A program made the position numbers and the translations under genes. Source: an uncultured Marinoscillum sp. (GTDB taxonomy: Bacteria; Bacteroidota; Bacteroidia; Cytophagales; MED-G16). Taken from it: DNA of 64,000 nt. The DNA is taken from the NCBI GenBank assembly GCA_964527965.1, contig CAZGPH010000005.1, positions 16,395 to 80,394 on the forward strand, written 5' to 3'. This document shows positions 62,001-64,000 of the stretch, piece after piece (the stretch's first letter is position 1; every line of letters begins with the position of its first letter). A model generated the notes under the pieces. That model saw only the letters and a program-made list of their open reading frames with translations, was not told where the DNA came from and searched no databases.

Positions 62001-64000
62001 CTCTGTCAGTGGAAGTACCATATGCCTCGTCTACATCGTAGCAGCCATCATTATCTGAATCTAAATCTTTTGAGTCAGGGTTACCATCTCCGTCAGTGTC
62101 GGTGACACCATTTCCTTCCTGGGTATCAAGGATACCGTCATTGTCATCGTCCACATCGATCTCATCCCTTATGCCGTCTAAGTCGAAGTCATCTCTCACG
62201 AGTAGAGTTGTTACTGCTGAAGTGTCAGCAACAGCACAAGCAAAGCCTGGATTTGTGACAATCACCCTGTACTGGTAGCCATTTAAATCATCAAATACTG
62301 GGTTTATGGTAAGAGAATTTGTTCCGTATCCTGTGTAGGCAGTAGTAGTAGTAGTAGATGAAACCGCTTCCTTTATACTTATACCATCAATAGAGAGATA
62401 TGCTCCAGTTGAACCAGAAGATGTAGGTGTAGTTTGTACAACAAATCCAATACTATAATTCCCTGTTGTCGGAGCAGTATAATTTAAGCTCGCGTTATTC
62501 CATCCAGTTCCATGTACCATCTCGCCTCCGTCTCCAATAAGAGTTGTTGGTGCATTCGTACCAGCGTCAATAAAAACTCTTATTTTTCCACTATTATTAA
62601 GTTTAAAACTATTACAATCAGAACTATTACAAGCACCAAAATTAGCTTGCTCATAGCTTATAGTGTAGGTTTCACCTGCTTCTAGGGAAACATTTTGATA
62701 TATTCCTTCCTCATAACTCATATCAGTTCTATCGTGGAATCCAACCCAAGTACCTCCATCATTAGAGTTTGAAACATTAACACCATCAGGAATATAGTAA
62801 GTACCACCCACAGCCTCATTTTCAAGATTATTGATATCAGATGTTATGTCTGAAGCAAGCCTAGTCCAACCAGTCGGTGCAACACAACATTTTACAGTAC
62901 CATCTAAGGAACCATTTGTAAATAAATTTACTCCAGATCCAGATCCCGAAGTAAAGGTAACGGTATCATTTTCAGCGTTTATCGTGGTCCAGTTCGTCGA
63001 GTCGCTACTCACCTGCCACGTGTAACCCACAGTAGATGGGTAATCAACAACAGTCCACCCTCCCACAGGTTCTGAGTAATCTGGGCTGCTGGTGTCTTGG
63101 TAGTGACCAATCCAAATATTTCTACTAGTTCCTTTTTTGGCTCTCACAGCCTCATGTATTAGCTGATTCTCTGCTGCGTCTCCAATGACCGTGAGATAAC
63201 CTCCAATTCCTTCTGCAGTTGTCTTAGCCGTGGTCCAGTAGCGCTGATAATTATCACTCACATAGTATGAGTGACCATTATAATCGTCCATAAGCTTTGT
63301 GAATCCAGAGATAGCATCATTTCTTGTCTTATTAAACTCAACCACGATCCAGTTATAGGAGTTACTTACATCATCCCACCTACCATTACTTATATACATA
63401 TGCATATAATTTCCTGAGTTATTAGGCTCACCACCATTCCAGTTAAAATAAGACGAGGAATTTGGAATTCCATCAATTGTGGTACTTACGACTAGAGAAG
63501 TAGAAGAATTATTAGCCCCAATAGAGGTTGTAGGTAGATCAGAAGATATCGTAGGAGAAAATCCTTTCTCTAAATAATCTGATACCCCAGAATTATCTCC
63601 ATCTGCGGGAGTTCCGTAACCGTGTCCAGTAACCTTACCGTCTGTACCAGCACAGTTAGCATTTGCACATAATCTTCCTTCTGAGTCATAACCACTAAAT
63701 CCTGCCTCCTGCGCGTCTAAACATCCGTCATCGTCTGAGTCGAGGTCTAGTCTGTTAGGTATCCCGTCACCGTCTGTGTCAAGGTCTTTTCCTCCCTCTT
63801 CTGTATCTAGGATTCCGTCGTTGTCGTCGTCAAGGTCGACACTATTTTTTATTCCGTCATTGTCTGGATCAGATGACACTGTAAGCTGAGCAGGGAGTGA
63901 GTAGGCAGGTCCTGCAGAGCAGGCGTATACTGTAGGAGTTGCCTTCATTCTGTACAAGTTCTTATCAAAGTTTGCCGGTGCAGACTTCACTCTAAGCGTG
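44038..64000 (-). CDS. giant secreted modular adhesin-like protein (at least 6,650 aa visible, N-terminus outside window) with T9SS type B C-terminal domain
   Basis: A single uninterrupted minus-strand frame runs from the window edge to TAA at 44038-44040. The frame is still open upstream of the track's GTG at 63990, and no signal peptide is present there. The visible part has 16 TSP3-like acidic modules and 16 Ig-like domains. It also has 5 LTD-like inserts, 2 jelly-roll-like inserts, 3 L-type-lectin-like domains, 1 permuted CTLD-like domain and a 14-unit acidic array. The C-terminus is [21 protein letters not shown]....[11 protein letters not shown]...[10 protein letters not shown]. Confidence 0.9.
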   Translation of the reverse strand, partial: TLRVKSAPANFDKNLYRMKATPTVYACSAGPAYSLPAQLTVSSDPDNDGIKNSVDLDDDNDGILDTEEGGKDLDTDGDGIPNRLDLDSDDDGCLDAQEAGFSGYDSEGRLCANANCAGTDGKVTGHGYGTPADGDNSGVSDYLEKGFSPTISSDLPTTSIGANNSSTSLVVSTTIDGIPNSSSYFNWNGGEPNNSGNYMHMYISNGRWDDVSNSYNWIVVEFNKTRNDAISGFTKLMDDYNGHSYYVSDNYQRYWTTAKTTAEGIGGYLTVIGDAAENQLIHEAVRAKKGTSRNIWIGHYQDTSSPDYSEPVGGWTVVDYPSTVGYTWQVSSDSTNWTTINAENDTVTFTSGSGSGVNLFTNGSLDGTVKCCVAPTGWTRLASDITSDINNLENEAVGGTYYIPDGVNVSNSNDGGTWVGFHDRTDMSYEEGIYQNVSLEAGETYTISYEQANFGACNSSDCNSFKLNNSGKIRVFIDAGTNAPTTLIGDGGEMVHGTGWNNASLNYTAPTTGNYSIGFVVQTTPTSSGSTGAYLSIDGISIKEAVSSTTTTTAYTGYGTNSLTINPVFDDLNGYQYRVIVTNPGFACAVADTSAVTTLLVRDDFDLDGIRDEIDVDDDNDGILDTQEGNGVTDTDGDGNPDSKDLDSDNDGCYDVDEAYGTSTDRDPNNDGVYGDANPTINSNGSVSGASGTTGLDQDGNGVKDFQEAGAAITSMSCPDDITATEGSNVEIITIASGQGETSVNYEWQVSADTGKTWSDVNDESSSEIIISGIGYGKTSTSNDGYPKFIEIYALKDADLRNYRMRDNITNGNTYNYSWVMYQQNIQMKKGEYLLIYYPSDKSTANTFFGSDIDNLYDHTVYEDYFYTTMRDGNDSYALEKNINNTWTYVDRVGNGTASTVLNYDDGWLYRKQGSKPTPNYSDSDWTQCKDCLESSTNAGATTPFPVKTFTTSVIDYDFSKGDSLVVTNVPASANGYQFRAIGSTPSYVCGDNDTTCAVTITVVGDNDRDGIPDDTDIDDDNDGILDSVEGEDTDTDGDGIVDKFDLDSDGDGCLDVVEAGFTDPDGDGILGTGTPEVESDGGVKDHNFDTPLDEDGNGTADYLEVGSTVTIVNYSNYFLSEGSDTATFNVNYNASGATKLHWQVSKDNANTWTDIDAGDNGTGSTGATDVCTTSDWGNGPWTWTGGNLEGTFKDIMQGTSTDATIKITENTDVVWDTGYPKIENSAFGGVQTLGLSLDPKSGSGNSEVTTTITFTNPVSGLRILLTDIDSKTAGWKDKIVVTSDVGNPTADSLNANPTFSISGNTLTAKDNSESAADNKGTARLTFPDGVSTVTIKYSDVSGILDPDSRGIGINFEGICVNTGSASYGGVYESTLNIYDVTQGMDEWRYRLRITTPGYACHDTTYTPPARLDVDVDNDNDGILNNVDLDDDNDGILDTDEGEGDLDGDGIRNRFDLDSDGDGCLDVTEAGFTDKIIDTNDDGILGDDLPYTVDSLGRITSGQAGDGYTTPVDQDGNGSKDFLQFGQNVLNAILNQSNLTMLSSGTGNFKITASVPSGDQISYQWQESRDDGASWFNVPEQAPYSGTNTNELILTQPSAELSGYRYRVVLTIASYKCGVAPLNLEATLTVYPDNDKDGVRDSDDQDDDNDGILDTYEGTGDQDNDQDGIPNRFDPDSDGDGCLDVEEAGYLDANADGLLGPDSVVTMFIDSLNSLGVLSISANGRVNSFGGYGVPNDLDNNGIYDFLEEGAPITALECPDAVTVAEGGNGVFNALATVEAGNVDYQWEITKDTGKTWKDISESGLMFVGLGYSYRSSSYTGTPKFIELVATTDIEDLSRYRIYGYQNGNTSSGYNYNSLSGSVKKGQKILLYYDYWQFYYFFDNTYPTTASGYAKVFDVGNTLSQNMQGGNDVFEIVHRDADGNTGWNGNTDVVDVVGVRGEDGTGKDWEYSRGWLKRKNNKLSSKSFKIGDWTACNDCFGTASTNSASSTPYALNAYSTTQSENGSTTASLTLKNLSYDEYHGAQVRVKVSTPAFSCGEGDTSCVATISIIPYDTDEDGVPDREDADDDNDGILDVDEGGEDLDTDGDGVPNRIDDDSDGDGCLDVLEAGFEDGDQDGVIGSGTPSVDASGKVEGHEYDTPLDTDSDGTKDFLQVSSQAEITSHPIDIVRQGGDDGQFSVTVTGDASITYQWQFSDDDTLTWTDLEDGTYYSGVNTNTLSLTAVTEDIDGYYYRIKVVTPALVCADPVYSNAGKLTAKDDSDGDGIDNAFDLDSDNDGILNTEEKAPDNLDTDGDGTPDYLDLDSDGDGCYDVVEAGYDDPDGDGRPGTGDPEIIAGIGMVDGHPYGVTDGYDSDDNGVYDFQEAGGPLTSITNPSNVVSSDGKSETFTTSGTAISPIAYQWQVSEDNGDSWADIKDEGAFSGSNNAILTIDPISTTMNSNLFRAILSTPGFSCGENDTTLNARLIALPDNDGDGIQDLFDEDDDNDGILDVDEFIDDLDGDGIPNSFDLDSDDDGCDDVIEAGFLDPDGDGILGDSVDTNGDGKKDKAATVDSKGRVTSGTGYTTPDDLDGNGVKDYLESGSQVVIDVQPNNNNNVSEFSDMELTVEASSDGMINYQWQISDDCETWTDLNESPALMITGLFETKNRAYYGVELYALRDIDNLSNYGITTSAGTSGSSPGYTLSNTDLKQGQYFMLYYNSSWTNFFSNEASTAYKSQSVYGTYDMVRYNRFNITLYEKNTSNQWDKVDVYGDHSVSADGSAWDVEEGWAYRKNGRGASLTYNADDWNIKKKEFSLIGGTSANGNDIVQDAYPLFRFSGPSEFKGVKNDTLQILRTPLSYNDKNFRVVLTTPGFKCDTTVFSVCANLKVDAMSDTDGDGVPDYVDLDSDNDGIPDLFEGCDIDTDGDGLPNCLDLDSDGDGCDDVLEAGFTDENGDGYLGPQDVFVDVNGLVTSGIDGYSDPSDLDNNGVNDYLEAGDTVNITLNPATVNVLLLDDTIMVGSGSSPSVITQRWQQSDDGGSTFRTLQNTPSLIITGVMEANRSSQRPKLIEFKALRDVDCLRDYKVKFGNAEYVLGNTTSSCVTLTKGEFYYIVYTSGDAISFLAGSGSNNNFNLNNYKYHQVNNLNTQLTGKNNVTLEYAPEGYASSKWVEVDKVEGSETDGYNKGWRYKKDTTQVSNNFRAQDWTTCDECLNNEFTNLSAGSGPDDYKVLDNGDTLFYSFPVASFGTSVVMSGVNTDTLRIENIPFSMNGYLFNLELQTSGFSCAPIVSTDISTLNVFLPDYDNDGYVDKLDLDADNDGILDVDEDTTDIDGDGFPNYIDLDSDGDGCFDAVEAGFTDPDNDGYLGTSPVSVDNQGRVINQGGYSTPSALDLDGNGVMDYKEVGSQVEIVRQPNNQIYYEEKVKFFVEASSDAVIGYQWQILLDTTGESWTDLSNVEDFSTVTTDTLNVDNITDYVANKFRVMLTTPAFACGDTVYSVPVMIINSEDWDEDGIPDNIDIDDDNDGIIDISEGEDVDTDGDGIPNSKDNDSDGDGCVDAVEAGYEDGDDDGFLGTSPFEVTSVGTVIGHGGYQPPEDDIDENGVLDLLEFGSDAVANTVPVNDTIIAGQNASFTASFTADGAITYQWEYSADGSNWNSVVDTLVIGQDTSYFSGKTDTTLNITNVTFAMGDYQYRLVASTPSFKCGPDTPSAVVSAILAGDNDQDGIIDIIDLDDDNDGILDSVETGIDTDGDGIPDWFDLDSDNDGCLDVEEAGFEDLDGDGLLCTSPVVVDDLGKVVCLDDSSCDDDPYTNMSWKTGQNAGYVADSEKTPGYYRLTNASTYNYGSVFRQGSPNNGRVDLRGDFVIKADLYLGDKDGNGGSGIAFNITQNNNQYSLYYWGQMAMQFNNALSVEFDTRDDGSYDPEADHSSLHINGNNIAGTSTLGVTTTSGYGYNYHSQRPIITETLENIEDGQWREFVFSWNASTKTVTVEFDGKVLMTYQVDIVKDVLSGSNLAYFGFTSDNYNYAQEQRVYIKSICEIDASSGESIYKGYKEPNDLDDNGMYDFKQAGDVPEFSDSYEDDDIVIVKEGSDTTFTTSVTYDGTGDVVWQMCNDDCSECTIIEKSPGLMMTGIFRGDIGGIEPSVIEFYALEDIADLSIYGIEIARDGAASDGEEYSLSAVSLDSGKFYTVSSNDLYYKSWFGDNPSQQSLYNNFDGDDAIVLYKNDSIVDVFGTPGKDGSGELWDYTLGWAYRKDGRIYSSTFNVNDWKTCRGCSLGSSFNTEMDNPFPVGGFAGAPTFEDVDSDNLTLKNATATLDGVRIRRAVIDPAYACSPESGGDCIRVAIFLDNDKDGIIDEIDLDDDNDGILDSLETDEDTDGDGIPNHFDLDSDGDGCLDAVEAGFTDGDDDGLLGNSPVTVDTLGLVTSGSDGYTLPADNDNSGTFDFLEFGTVAVLVSSPDTVSGTQGTAVYFVAKGTAVGGAMSNYPFNYYDWFTQDNASWQTSYFYLTSTSYRDGQLWNKKKIHIDRDFVVSSKINFGSYGSNGGEGVAFVLQPNGTSAYGSNYANLGYRGGNISNAIAVEFDTHGQTEDFVAIVSLKNGARTVLSTKNVSELEDNTYKNISVSWDADANKLAVSIGGIEIVSATSDIVSEVFGMSQVNFGFTASTGNYWNSQSVKDISVSGTLEGDESGNVVFDWQVSSDSATTWKDITSADSLTYSGIKNDTLYIPKPPKDINGYMYRTTVRNPAFACDPGVLSAPALLEILPDNDADGIPDDIDVDDDNDGILDTKEDTTDLDGDGIPNHFDLDSDGDGCADVIEAGFDDNDTLPDGILGNSPVKVDELGRVIQSADGTTSQGYFKPKDGDANGVEDYREVGSAAFIISEPVLDKVEVGDTIVIGTVVDVTGSAEYEWYVSIDSGNSWILLPPFAPYSGVDTDTLTILGAPVSMNNYQYKMIVSTPAYACGDNDTTSVIPIRVTNDYDEDGIPNDIDIDDDNDGIVDTLEVIDSENDDDYDNDGIPNHYDLDSDGDGCFDVLEAGFSDPDGDGILCTSPVIVNNIGQVIGCASLACNSIDDEDYNLVGDAEKWTDDGDNEVYRLTRATTTQSGSVWSKEKINLTEDFKVEGKLNLGSNPSGADGIAFVIQPLASDLGGEGGGLGYAGISPSVAVEFDTYNNSFSGTASNHAAVIFDGVPYGTHTNLHIFSPGIEDGLYHDFVFNWTAETKTMTVSWDGTEIITLTKDIVADIFSDDAEVYYGFTAATGAAYNNQVVWLENVCVPVPGSDVPEDGYTEPNDSDGSGVVDFKEVDNFDISITTQPISIQIPDKTTGYLFVEADVQDSASYQWQKSDDGSSWSNVTDTTFYLDRGEGIFDTLMYIGSFTDTLFISGADTIIDSTYYRVIVDIPTSACAIPSTSNSALVTVITDIDLDNDGIPNVDEGYGDLDGDGIPNYLDLDSDNDGIPDVIEGGDGALDTNGDGMIDENDDGFADEDEDGMADDSEDTPEPDTDGDGTPDFLDIDSDNDGIFDVVEGGDGDLDTNGDGMIDDNDDGFSDEDNDGMADDSEDTPQPDYDGDGNPDYLDIDSDNDGIFDVEEGGSGDLDTNNDGVIDSNDDGFSDVDGDGMDDDSELIPAPDSDGDGNPDYLDIDSDNDGIFDVEEGGDGDLDTNNDGVIDTNDTGYTDLDGDGMDDSSEPTTVPDNDGDGKPNYLDIDSDNDGIFDVDEGGDGGLDTNNDGVIDTNDTGYSDVDADGMDDDAESTPVVHTDGDQLGDGIPDYLDIDSDNDGIFDVVEGGDGDLDTNNDGVIDTNDTGFVDADDDGMDDTAETTLVTNSDFDLIPDYQDIDSDNDGIFDVEEGGDGDLDTNNDGVIDSNDTGYTDLDADGMDDTAELTSELDSDSDGVPNYLDIDSDDDGIHDVIEGGDGNLDTNGDGAIDPNDDGYVDSDGDGMDDDSESTPVVHTDGDQLGDGIPDYIDIDSDNDGIFDVEEGGDGDLDTNDDGVINSGDTGFTDTDGDGMDDDAESTPVTNSDNDLVPDFQDIDSDNDGIFDVVEGGDSDLDVDGDGVIGCICSQDNGYFDLDGNGMNDTAELTPETDSDSDGVPDYIDIDSDNDGIHDVTESGDGNLDTNGDGAIDSNDSDYSDSDGDGMDDDSEPTDVLDSDGDSLPNHLDIDSDNDGIYDVEEGGDSSLDTNDDGVINDSDTGYSDSDNDGMDDDSETTPVTNTDNDGNPDFVDIDSDNDGIQDVIEGGDGVFDTNGDGMIDTLDNDVNFTFVDADGDGMADQTEDTPVIDSDGDGANDYQDLDSDNDGIFDVVEGGDGIDADFDEDGTNEFTDLDTNDDGMIDSDDVGYVDADNDGMADGSEGTGQPNSDVTEDLDDGIPNYLDLDSDDDGCNDVVEAGFADLDGDGILGVGLPEIDDNGLVVTDEEEGYVLPVDSDNNGVLDCYDALILVVNITSQPQDAGTVFQGDNVSYSVGVTVDGDLPAEYQWQMGVVSDDEQDTTWTDLANGLQFSGIDTDSMTITDVTFDEFDNTLYRVKVTATGYRCAFVLSEAMVLDVKFRDLHIPEGFSPNSDGTNDNWVITGIDYYPNSVVQIYNRWELKVFEMEGYKNDDPQKYFEGIANFGNTNGKLLPETVYFFVIDLGDTDIDGNAVEEDNRYRKGIVYIRRGNE
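44041..44375 (-). other. T9SS type B C-terminal sorting domain of the giant protein
   Basis: The last ~110 aa read [53 protein letters not shown]...[14 protein letters not shown]...[10 protein letters not shown]. Confidence 0.75.
44930..47775 (-). repeat. in-frame tandem array of 14 poly-acidic units, 64-75 aa (about 192-225 bp) each
   Basis: The unit consensus is (Y/F)[63 protein letters not shown]. I counted 14 occurrences of D[IL]DSD[ND]DGI. The boundaries were mapped by reverse-translating nt 47761-47775 (DIDLD) and nt 44881-44940 ([20 protein letters not shown]). Confidence 0.85.
48215..48825 (-). other. L-type (legume-like) lectin domain, copy 3 of the giant protein
   Basis: Reads [34 protein letters not shown]...[26 protein letters not shown]...[22 protein letters not shown]...NHAAVIFDG...[18 protein letters not shown]. 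It closely parallels the domain at 37160-37762. Confidence 0.6.
49990..50590 (-). other. L-type-lectin-like domain, copy 2 of the giant protein (more divergent)
   Basis: Reads ...[53 protein letters not shown]...[28 protein letters not shown]...[18 protein letters not shown]. Confidence 0.5.
51212..51675 (-). other. lamin-tail-domain (LTD)-like insert 5
   Basis: Reads [54 protein letters not shown]...[44 protein letters not shown]...NDWKTCRGC. Confidence 0.5.
51925..52630 (-). other. L-type-lectin-like domain, copy 1 of the giant protein (divergent)
   Basis: Reads ...[19 protein letters not shown]...[31 protein letters not shown]...[27 protein letters not shown]...[18 protein letters not shown]. 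Confidence 0.45.
54405..54910 (-). other. LTD-like insert 4
   Basis: Reads [44 protein letters not shown]...GKNNVTLEY...[24 protein letters not shown]...QDWTTCDEC. Confidence 0.45.
55610..56098 (-). other. LTD-like insert 3
   Basis: Reads [41 protein letters not shown]...[46 protein letters not shown]...DDWN. Confidence 0.45.
58055..58595 (-). other. LTD-like insert 2
   Basis: Reads [45 protein letters not shown]...[12 protein letters not shown]...[28 protein letters not shown]...GDWTACNDC. Confidence 0.45.
61195..61700 (-). other. LTD-like insert 1
   Basis: Reads [44 protein letters not shown]...[28 protein letters not shown]...[11 protein letters not shown]...SDWTQCKDC. Confidence 0.45.
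63037..63459 (-). other. C-type-lectin-like domain with the same permuted order as in the 2,617-aa protein
   Basis: In residues ~178-318 of the visible protein, [41 protein letters not shown] comes first. [44 protein letters not shown]...NIWIGHYQD...[10 protein letters not shown] follows. Reverse translation of nt 63421-63460 reads [13 protein letters not shown]. Confidence 0.5.

Noticed and set aside
63988-63990. The GTG at 63990 proposed by the ORF track as the start of the giant protein.
   Set aside because: The frame remains open to the window edge (nt 63991-63999 encode T-L-R with no stop). The residues after the GTG ([18 protein letters not shown]...) are not a signal peptide and look like the tail of another Ig-like domain. 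The gene almost certainly begins upstream of the window.
29039-64000. The adhesin island considered as a horizontally acquired mobile element.
   Set aside because: No integrase, transposase, tRNA attachment site or flanking direct repeats are visible. The low-coordinate boundary abuts core genes (parE/parC) with only a 46-bp gap, and the other boundary is outside the window. The GC shift can be explained largely by amino-acid composition, and it is listed as a finding to test rather than as a call.

Overview
The window is a densely packed, low-GC segment that looks like Bacteroidota (Flavobacteriia-type). By eye, GC is about 27-30% in the housekeeping part and rises to about 42% inside the acidic repeat genes. 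I call 27 protein-coding genes. I found no rRNA, tRNA, CRISPR array, transposase or integrase. Intergenic space is minimal, and many gene pairs overlap by 4 nt (ATGA). nt 1-3.6 kb (+ strand) holds a 5'-truncated Nramp transporter coupled to pxpA/B/C (5-oxoprolinase). nt 3.6-16.3 kb (- strand) holds two paralogous secreted BNR/Asp-box double-propeller proteins. They bracket a translationally coupled four-enzyme cassette: a Tat-signal class V PLP enzyme, a membrane di-iron hydroxylase, a threonine-dehydratase-like PLP enzyme and an ornithine-cyclodeaminase-like enzyme. An S9 peptidase lies next to this block. nt 16.3-29 kb is housekeeping: two outer-membrane barrel proteins, lpxK, a Nif3-like protein, a zinc-ribbon protein, a histidine phosphatase, a PAS-MenA/UbiA fusion, coaX, parC and parE. 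nt 29-64 kb (all - strand) is the standout region, a type IX secretion (T9SS) type-B cargo island with two cassettes. The first is a giant adhesin (at least 6,650 aa visible, N-terminus outside the window), then PorP/SprF, then an OmpA-family protein. The second is a 2,617-aa adhesin, then a 939-aa cadherin-like repeat protein, then a second PorP/SprF. The giant proteins repeat one cassette many times: a thrombospondin-type-3-like calcium wire, a DxDxNG loop and an Ig-like domain. Several Ig-like domains carry nested inserts (lamin-tail-domain-like or jelly-roll-like). The proteins also contain L-type (legume-like) lectin, LamG and apparently circularly permuted C-type-lectin-like domains. Near the C-terminal sorting domain of the giant protein is a 14-unit poly-acidic tandem array that contains a higher-order duplication of about 590 bp. 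All domain calls come from motif reading of the translations, no searches were run, and sub-gene coordinates are hand-mapped and approximate.
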